Below are positions 56,036 to 64,000 of a DNA stretch of 64,000 bases, piece by piece. The notes under the pieces were generated by a model. It saw only the letters and a program-made list of their open reading frames with translations, did no database searches and had not been told where the DNA came from. Position 1 is the first letter of the stretch. Every line of letters begins with the position of its first letter. Source of the DNA: Octopus sinensis (lineage: Eukaryota); assembly GCF_006345805.1 (NCBI RefSeq), contig NC_043000.1, positions 47,492,001-47,556,000 on the forward strand, read 5' to 3'. Both the position numbers and the translations under genes were made by a program.

Positions 56036-56040
<5 letters not shown>
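55617..56040 (+). mobile_element. Retrozyme-like element E (period ~360 bp, ~63-bp terminal redundancy)
   Basis: TGATAACTAT..GAGACTTAGAAATATTAAT repeated at 55617 and 55977; (TA)n on both sides; structured interior. Confidence 0.7.
55779..55819 (+). ncRNA. Degenerate minimal type I hammerhead (element E)
   Basis: CTACG-TTGATAA-GGGG(AAAATA)CCCT-GAAA-CTAG-TC-TTTAG; two core substitutions relative to CTGATGA, probably inactive. Confidence 0.55.
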
Positions 56041-56075
<35 letters not shown>

Positions 56076-57504
56076 TGCATGTGTGAGTACATGTAAATGT
56101 CTGAATGTGTGAGTACTTTTATAATTGTATGAATATCTTTGTCAAAACCACAAAAATAAAAATAAAATGTATATATCAAATATAATTCTCCTTGATTTTT
56201 ATTTTGCTGTGGTTATGAAAACTTTAGCAAATGCATTTTTGCGTCACTTGCAAATGATTTAGTAAAATTCTTTAATGTTTCTACTGTTCTTTGACTGTGA
56301 AATTTAGAACCTATAGGCAAATTTTAGCTGAATTCCTCATTAACTGTTGCATGATTCAAAATGTAAGGCAGCGATGTGAAATAATGTTTCTCATTATTAT
56401 TCACAGATTAGAGGTTTAATGGGTTTGTTTTTAATATTTTCTCAATTTTTTTTTAAAGTTTTTAAAAACATTTTTCTCTTATCAAATAATTTTACTTCTT
56501 TCCCAAAGAAGAAATTGCTTCATTTATTTTATCGTATCACTTAAGCAGTTTTATAGTATGTATGATTCTTATATCAATTTATATTAATATTAATAGTAAT
56601 AGTAATAATAATATTATTGATTTCTATCATCGAAAGTGCAAAGGCCTCTAGTTTAAAGGAAAGGAACAGTCGATTTTATCGACCCCAGTGTTTGTATGCT
56701 TGACTTGTGCATTATTTATCGACCTCAGAATGGCAATTTTGACCTTTTCGGTACCGGCACGCAAAAAATAAGAGGAGGCCGATAAACACTGCAAAGCATT
56801 CTGTACGGAACTTTCTCGATTTCTTCTTCTCCTTCTCCTTCTTCTTCTTCTTCTTCTTATTATTATTATTATTATTATTATACTTCCGCTGGAAGGTCAG
56901 AACGTCGGTGCAAGGTTGACAGGAATTTTTGTTATCAAAGCCACTGTCTTGGTTGATATTATTGTTTAAAGGAGAGTATACGATAATAGTCTTTGTCACC
57001 AAAAGAAAAAAAAAAGAAGAACTAAATAATATTTGGGCCTTGCTCCCAAATATTTGAATTTGCGAAAATGTTTACACGTTCGCAAGCGGAAAATGACGTG
57101 GGGTGGAGGGCGTAACTTTCTAACGCAAAATAAACCAGTTTGTGACAGCAGGAAAAGTCACGGAAATATAATTTTCGCTGACACAAGTAACAGTTTCGAG
57201 GACAAAATTGATAATGAATTTAAAACATCACAGATTCTAAGTACGGTGGTAAAATTAACCGGAAAGAACAAAGAAGTATTACAACAGAGAAAAGCGAGAC
57301 AATGGAGTTCACGCAATCACTCGATAGTCGAACAGACAACAAAAATGTAACTGCCAACTCTCCAAACAGAAATAATGTAGAAAATACCATAACTGATAAC
57401 AACACAGAAAATAACAACTCCAACAACACGGAGCAGAGAAGCTTAACAGAAAACAATAACAGATCGATTAACGACAACAAAAGCATCGATGAGAACACAA
57501 GCAA

Positions 57505-57889
57505 TGGAAGCACTCCATCGGTTACGACGATGAGGGTTCCGGTTGATCCGAATCAACGGAACAGCCTGCTCGTGAAATTAACGTGTAAGTGGCTGAGCAC
57601 TCCACAGACACGCGTACCCTTAACGTAGTTCTCGGGGATATTCAGCGTGACACAGAGAGTGATAAGGCCGGCCCTTTGAAATACAGGTACAACAGAAACA
57701 GGAAGTAAGAGTGAGAGAAAGTTGTGGTGAAAGAGTACAGCAGGGATCACTACGATCCCCTGCCGGAGCCTCGTGGAGCTTTAGGTGTTTTCGCTCAATA
57801 AACACTCACAACGCCCGGTCTGAGAATCGAAACCGCGATCCTATGACCGCGAGTCCGCTGCCCTAACCACTGAGCCATTGCGCCTCCAC
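57505..57889 (-). mobile_element. Family C SINE, young full-length copy
   Basis: Near-identical reverse complement of 58053-58440. Confidence 0.88.
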
Positions 57890-58052
57890 GGAAGTAATAA
57901 TAGTAGTAATAACGTGAACAATTCCACCACCACTATCAACAGTGAGAGCGGAACAGGTACTTTTGAAGCAGCAACTGCGAAATGCCAACAAAGGTACTAT
58001 GAGATAGACATAGATGTCTATCTCATATGTTAGCCCCAGTCCACAATCTCAT

Positions 58053-58440
58053 GTGGAGGCGCAATGGCCCAGTGGTTAGGGCAGCGGACTCGCGGTCATA
58101 TGATCGCGGTTTCGATTCTCAGACCGGACGTTGTGAGTGTTTATTGAGCGGAAACACCTAAAGCTCCACGAGGCTCCGGCAGGGGATGGTGGTGATCCCT
58201 GCTGTACTCTTTCATCACAACTTTCTCTCACTCTTACTTCCTGTTTCTGTTGTACCTGTATTTCAAAGGGCCGGCCTTGTCACTCTCTGTGTCATGCTGA
58301 ATATCCCCGAGAACTGCGTTAAGGGTACACGTGTCTGTGGAGTGCTCAGCCACTTACACGTTAATTTCACGAGCAGGCTGTTCCGTTGATTCGGATCAAC
58401 CGGAACCCTCGTCGTCGTAACCGACGGAGTGCTTCCACCA
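58053..58440 (+). mobile_element. Family C SINE, young full-length copy
   Basis: tRNA-like head; 12-bp TSD CCACAATCTCAT at 58041-58052 and 58441-58452. Confidence 0.9.
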
Positions 58441-58549
58441 CCACAATCTCATAAAAAGAGAAAAAACCTGAGCAAACCTTGCAATCCCATCCGAAGTGGA
58501 GGTAGAAATTAAGAAAAGTTCAGTAAATTATAGGTGCGTCTCGGTGCCC

Positions 58550-59490
58550 TTAGAGCTTTATATTCCCATGAAAGACTTCCTTGGTGAACTTTTGCGAGGT
58601 GTCTACCGCAACTGGCAGCAGAACGGTAGAACACCCGAGTCTGTGAGCCGAGGTGTAGTGGAGCTTCTAAAAAGGAGGGATCAACTGGCTGGTCCCTTCC
58701 AGAGGACTTTCGGACCAGCCCAACATCACTTCTAGAAATCCTTGGCCTGGCAGGGCTACCGGGAGGCGGAGGTTCTGTCGGTTCGTAATAAGCTTTACAG
58801 GCACGGGTGTGCAGTCAGACAGGCTTGTCCGTGATGCACGCGGAGCGATGAAACCGTTCTGCATGCTTTCGTACAGTGTCCACACATTGCTGACTAGTGG
58901 AGCTTTGTCGAACAGTTATTGTCTCGTGTAGGACGGATCTGGTTATCATCCGAGTCCATCGTGAAGATCGCCCCTCCTCCTTCCTTTGGTCAGGAAGGAC
59001 AGGCAGTTTTTCTCTGTCTGGTGACTATAGCGACAGAGATTGTGTGGTGGATGCGATTGAAGGGTTGAAGGCAGGTACCTTCCTCTCCGGTCAAGATTTC
59101 ATTGACTTTTTCAGGTTCCACCTGAAAAGGAATGTGAGGTTGGAGAGGGAGGTGCTGTCACCCAGTAAGTTTGTTGAACGGTGGATGAATGTGAAAAAAA
59201 TGGCCCGTGTGAATAGGCCTACTCTAAGTGTGCACCTACAGGCCGGATGGAATGAGAAGAGAGTGCCTACCTGAGATGCCTTTGGTGTTAGGGTTCCAAA
59301 ATGTGTGAGGTTCCTTTAGGCACCTCTCGATGGAACTCCTCCCCCCTATTGCGGAAGTACACTGTTGGTTTAATCCCCTTGTTAATTGTGTTTTCTATTC
59401 TGTTTACACGTTTAACCCCACTGTTCCTCGTCTTTGTATCGTCCTTTATGATTTGTGTTCGGGCCTAGTAGCTAATAAAAAAAGTATCAT
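58550..59490 (+). pseudogene. Decayed, internally deleted Tx1-like LINE related to 6445-11364
   Basis: GVYRNWQQNGRTPESVSRGVV matches GVYTNWQQNGRIPSSVSRGVV; FFRFHLKRNVRLER matches YFRYHLKSKMGLEK; AATAAA followed by (TAC)n. Confidence 0.8.
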
Positions 59491-59502
59491 TACTACTACT
59501 AT

Positions 59503-59551
<49 letters not shown>

Positions 59552-59567
59552 TCTTCTTCTTCTTCTT

Positions 59568-59607
<40 letters not shown>

Positions 59608-59615
59608 TACTACTT

Positions 59616-59658
<43 letters not shown>

Positions 59659-59667
59659 CACTACTAC

Positions 59668-59709
<42 letters not shown>

Positions 59710-59718
59710 CATTATTAT
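59490..59718. repeat. Compound (TAC)n/(TTC)n/(TTA)n microsatellite
   Basis: Directly visible. Confidence 0.95.
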
Positions 59719-59719
59719 T

Positions 59720-59860
59720 AAGGCGGCGAGCTGGGAAAATCGTTAGCCCGTTGGGCGAAATGCTTAGCGACATTTCGTCCGTCATTACGTTCCGAGTTCA
59801 AATTCTACCGAGGTCGACCTTGCCTATCATCCTTTCGAGATCGATAAATTAAGTACCAGT
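59720..59860 (+). mobile_element. SINE family B, 3' truncated
   Basis: AAGGCGGCGAGCTGG head. Confidence 0.7.
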
Positions 59861-60117
59861 GAAAATAACATGATGTCAATGTCAGGCAAGTTGGAGTTAA
59901 CATAAATTTATCAACTCAAAGCAATGGAATTTCGTGTTGTTGCTATGATGACAACACCTGCAAAAATACAAACAGCAGCAACAACAGCAGTAGAAACAAC
60001 AATGACAGCAACAGTATCAGCAACACCACCCCCACCCCCACCACCACCAACAACAACAACCGCGTGAACTAGAATAACTGCAAAACGAAAACAGAAATGT
60101 TTTTAGGCAACAGTAGT

Positions 60118-60500
60118 GGATGGGAAGCACTCCGTCGGTTACGACGACGAGGGTTCCGGTTGATCCGAATCAACGGAACAGTCTGCTCGTGATATTAACG
60201 TATAAGTGGCCGAGCACTCCACAGACACGTGTACCCTTAACGTAGTTCTCGGGGATATTCAGCGTGACACAGAGAGTGACAAGGCCGGCCCTTTGAAATA
60301 CAGGTACAACAGAAACAGGAAGTAAGAGAAAGTTGTGGTGAAAGAGTACAGCAGGGATCACCACCATCCCCTGCGGAGCCGCGTGGAGCTTTAGGTGTTT
60401 TCGCTCAATAAACACTCACAACGCCCGGTCTGGGAATCGAAACCGCGATCCTATGACCGCGAGTCCGCTGCCCTAACCACTGGGCCATTGCGCCTCCACT
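60118..60500 (-). mobile_element. Family C SINE, full length
   Basis: 11-bp TSD GCAACAGTAGT at 60107-60117 and 60501-60511. Confidence 0.88.
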
Positions 60501-62999
60501 GCAACAGTAGTAATAACAAGAACAGCAACAATAACAACATAAAAATGGCACTCCAACAGCTTCTTGCCATTTTTGAAGTCAGTGGACCATACATTCTGTG
60601 CCAGATCTGAAAGGTAAAGCCCTCCAATACGAAAATGATATTATAAAACAAGGTGTTATATCCCTTAGTGAGGAGGCAAAAACTAACTCTGAATAAAAAT
60701 GATGGTATATAAATAAGTTTTTCGCCAGGAGAGGAAACTTCAATTTTCTACTTCGGTAGAAAGAAGAAAAGGCTTCCAAGATCTCCGTGCTACACATATA
60801 TAAAGGAAAGTAATACAAGACAGTTGCTGCTATTTGCATTAGCGAGCAAGAAGTAAAAAGAATGACAACAATTACTTTTCACGTCCCAGACCTTAATAAT
60901 GATACCCCATTATATGGATAAAATGTTCACTCGAATTCTAGTCAAGTACGTACCGGTTCATCGAGATCTGGCAAAAGTCTAAGCCATTCTGGGGGACCAT
61001 GGGAAGATTGTAGAGGTGAAGTCCACCCCACAACTCAAGAGCACTGGAATTCTTATGGAATTCCTGATACTAGTTTCTTCAGAAAAAATAAATTGGATAC
61101 CCGATTTTTCTCTGTTTAAGGGAATACAAGTAGACGTTGGTGTTTATAGAGGAAATAAAATCACAAAGTCTGTTACTTCGGGGTAGAGAAAGTACTATGC
61201 TTTCCGACATTACTACTAACATCACAAGAAAAATCCCTGCCTACAACATTAGGTGAGAACACTAAAACTAGCTCAAATCTGCCTCTTTCCTCCGACTCAG
61301 GCCTCACAAAAGCAAAGGCCTCATTTAGAAATGAAGGTCCGTTGAAATTGCTCCAAAGGTCTTCGTCAGAGATAAGAAAACTCAAACACAAATAAATAGA
61401 GGCCAGCCTAAATTGAAGGTCTTAAGACATGAGAGTAATATTGAAAATCCGTCACAAAAGTCAAATACCAAAAGCATTAAAACCTTCATGACAAGAAAAC
61501 TATATTTTACAAATACTTTCACGAGAACAAACAGAGAAAAAAATCACAAAAACAAAAAAAAAAGAACACACGAATAACAAAATTATCAATAGTCACACAT
61601 TCATGTACTTACTTCCTTCATCAACTTCAATGTTGTTCAGAAGAGCAATATTGAGTTGATCGTGGAAGTAATTGACAACAAAAACATTCTGACAATTGGG
61701 AAGGATTTTGCTGAACTGCAAACACTATTTGGGAGAATAATAATTCAAACAGTTGTGAATATGTATGTGGATCTAAACTGAAATCTTTCTGTTCTTCATA
61801 TTTTGTTATTACATTGTACTGAGGATTTTACAGACAATTCGTACTGAACTTAAACGTTTTCTACATTACATCAACTCCAAGGTTAATAGAAAGAGTCTCA
61901 AGATTTTTCCCAATTGTTTTTCTGCAGTTCATCATTTTTGAAGACTTTTGTATCCATTTTCACAAAATATTTATAGCTTTTTTTATGCAAGCAAAACGAA
62001 ATTTCCTGCAAAAATTCCAGCTTATCATTCCAGGTATGTTATCATTCCAGCATACTTTATTATTCCTTCTGAGATAATTGTGGACATTTCGATACAATGG
62101 GTGCTATGGCTTCATGTGAATTATCTGATATTCTGCATTTGGGTGAGTAGTCTTGCTAATCTATTATCCTTTTGACCCGGATCAACCCTAAGACATGTTC
62201 CTGTGCTCCCATGATTAATTTCTCGGGTTCGTTCCTCAGAACCACTTTCCTTCCCACGGCCCACTGCCTTTATCTCTTGTGTTTTTGAAAAGCCTCGAGT
62301 GAAGCTCCATTCCTTCAAATTTTTATTTCCTTTATCCTACATTTCTTCGTTTTCTCTTTTTGGGGTCAAAACAGTATGTAAATAGTCCTTCAATAGTCCT
62401 CTATTTGGAGATTTTCTTCTTTAATTTTGCTACTGCTTCGCGACTTAGTAAACATCTACCTCCTACTGCTCTTTTCCAGTATGACAGATCTACATTAGAA
62501 TTGGAGTACAAGTTTCTCTCTATGGAAAGCTGTTTCTTCATTTTCTTCTACATGTCGTTCAGTCATCATTTCTAAGTTTATATTGGGAATATTTAGCAAT
62601 CAGATCGCTATATCCGATGTCGCGATTCGCTAGAACATTACCCACGTCAACGAAAATATCTGACCGATCAAGGATGTCGCGTGGAACTGACTCCAACAAC
62701 AATTTCATCTTTAGTCGTGTTTCTTTCTGAGCCTAATCACCATTATATATTCAGCGCATCTTAGCTATGGTGCGGAGACGACAGACAGACAGCAAAGGAA
62801 CGGCGGACAGCAGCTGACCCAAGCTGACAACACGAAAGCAATGAACAGACGGCAAACGAGAGACATTAGAAGACCAGCAGCTAAGCTGCTGCAATCACTC
62901 TGAACCCTATAAATGTTTTGTCGTTCAAGGTAATGACTTGTCTTTTGTTTGTTTGTTTTTCTACAGAAAGAATATTTTGTTTATCAAGACTCTCCATCA

Positions 63000-63305
63000 C
63001 AGGGTTCCGGGTTCAATCCCATTCCCGACAAAAGCCTTGTAAGTGGATTTGATTGACAGAAACAGAGGAAGCACGTCATACAAATGTGTGTGTGTGTGTG
63101 TGTGTTCCCCACCACCGCTTGACAACAGGTGTTGGTGTGCTTACGTTCCCGTAGCCTAGCGGTTCAGCAATAGATACCGATAGAATAAGTACAAGGCTTA
63201 TAAAAGAAAAAATAAGTACTGGGCTCGACCCATCCGACTAAAAATTCTTTAAGGCGGTGCCCCAGCATGGCCACAGTCTTATTACAGAAACAAGTAAAAG
63301 ATAAA
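63000..63305 (+). mobile_element. Family A SINE, degenerate
   Basis: Similarity to other copies. Confidence 0.7.
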
Positions 63306-63768
63306 AAGCAGTGTTCTTCTTCGTAACATATTCAATAATTACTGCCCCATGCCTTATTAATGATACTGCCCTCAGGTTAATTGCTTGGTTGGATATTGCT
63401 CATATTCAATTCAGATATTAGAAGCGCCATTCAACGAAAATATTCTTTACTCGGTGTTTCCGTCATTTCTATATCTTCGACCTTGTTCCTTTTCAGTATA
63501 CTCAGATATTTAGATGTTACTTCTCTGTTTAATGACTTTTATATTTTTTATCAATACGCAGATCTATTCCAATACCTTTTTAACGATTTCCTTTTTCTTT
63601 ATCTCTGTCATTGGATATTTAGGATTTCGAAAGTCATCCTAGTGTTGTAACTACACATTCTTAAAATTTGCACTAAGAAACCCATTTGATTCTTCTTGTA
63701 ACCATAAAGCTTTAAATCATCCGTAAATAAAAAATGCTTTTATTATTATGTTTTTGTAATGTTGCATA

Positions 63769-63803
<35 letters not shown>

Positions 63804-63894
63804 GTCATTCGATTTTATGTAACTGTCAAGCACTTTGTACCTATCTTTATATCGTACCTCTCATCTTTCGCTCTGGTGGCAAAAAAGTATTCTT

Positions 63895-64000
63895 TTCTTC
63901 TTCTTCTTCTGTTCCTTCTTCTTCTTCTTCTTCTTCTTCCTTCTTCTTCTTCTTCTTCTTCTTCTTCTTCTTCTTCTTCTTCTTCTCTTCTTCTTCTTCT
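63895..64000. repeat. (TTC)n microsatellite
   Basis: Directly visible. Confidence 0.95.

Noticed and set aside
58053-58130. tRNA-like sequences with A and B boxes
   Set aside because: They are SINE heads with bodies and TSDs, not tRNA genes.

Overview
This is AT-rich, microsatellite-dense eukaryotic non-coding DNA. The SINE families resemble those I know from Octopus (inference). I found no convincing host gene, and most ORFs in the track are microsatellite artefacts. Recognisable content: a near-complete Tx1/L1-clade LINE (6445-11364, minus strand), decayed LINE fragments, four Tc1/mariner relics, and about 30 tRNA-derived SINE copies. The main unexplained structure is a set of non-coding elements with 360-530-bp repeat units (2483-3722, 5809-12112, 12181-12716, 21483-22385, 55617-56040). 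Each carries a type I hammerhead ribozyme fold: stem I, CUGAnGA, stem II, GAAA, a palindromic stem III, UH, then stem I. They occur as partial tandem repeats, abut (TA)n tracts, and often have an inverted segment on the 5' side. Most end in a CCCT..TAAT(TA)n motif. This looks like a diverse family of retrozyme / Penelope-type non-autonomous retroelements. The Tx1-like LINE sits inside one array, flanked by identical 238-bp direct repeats that each contain a hammerhead. All folds were derived by eye and no activity is shown; repeat boundaries are approximate unless a TSD or junction is given.
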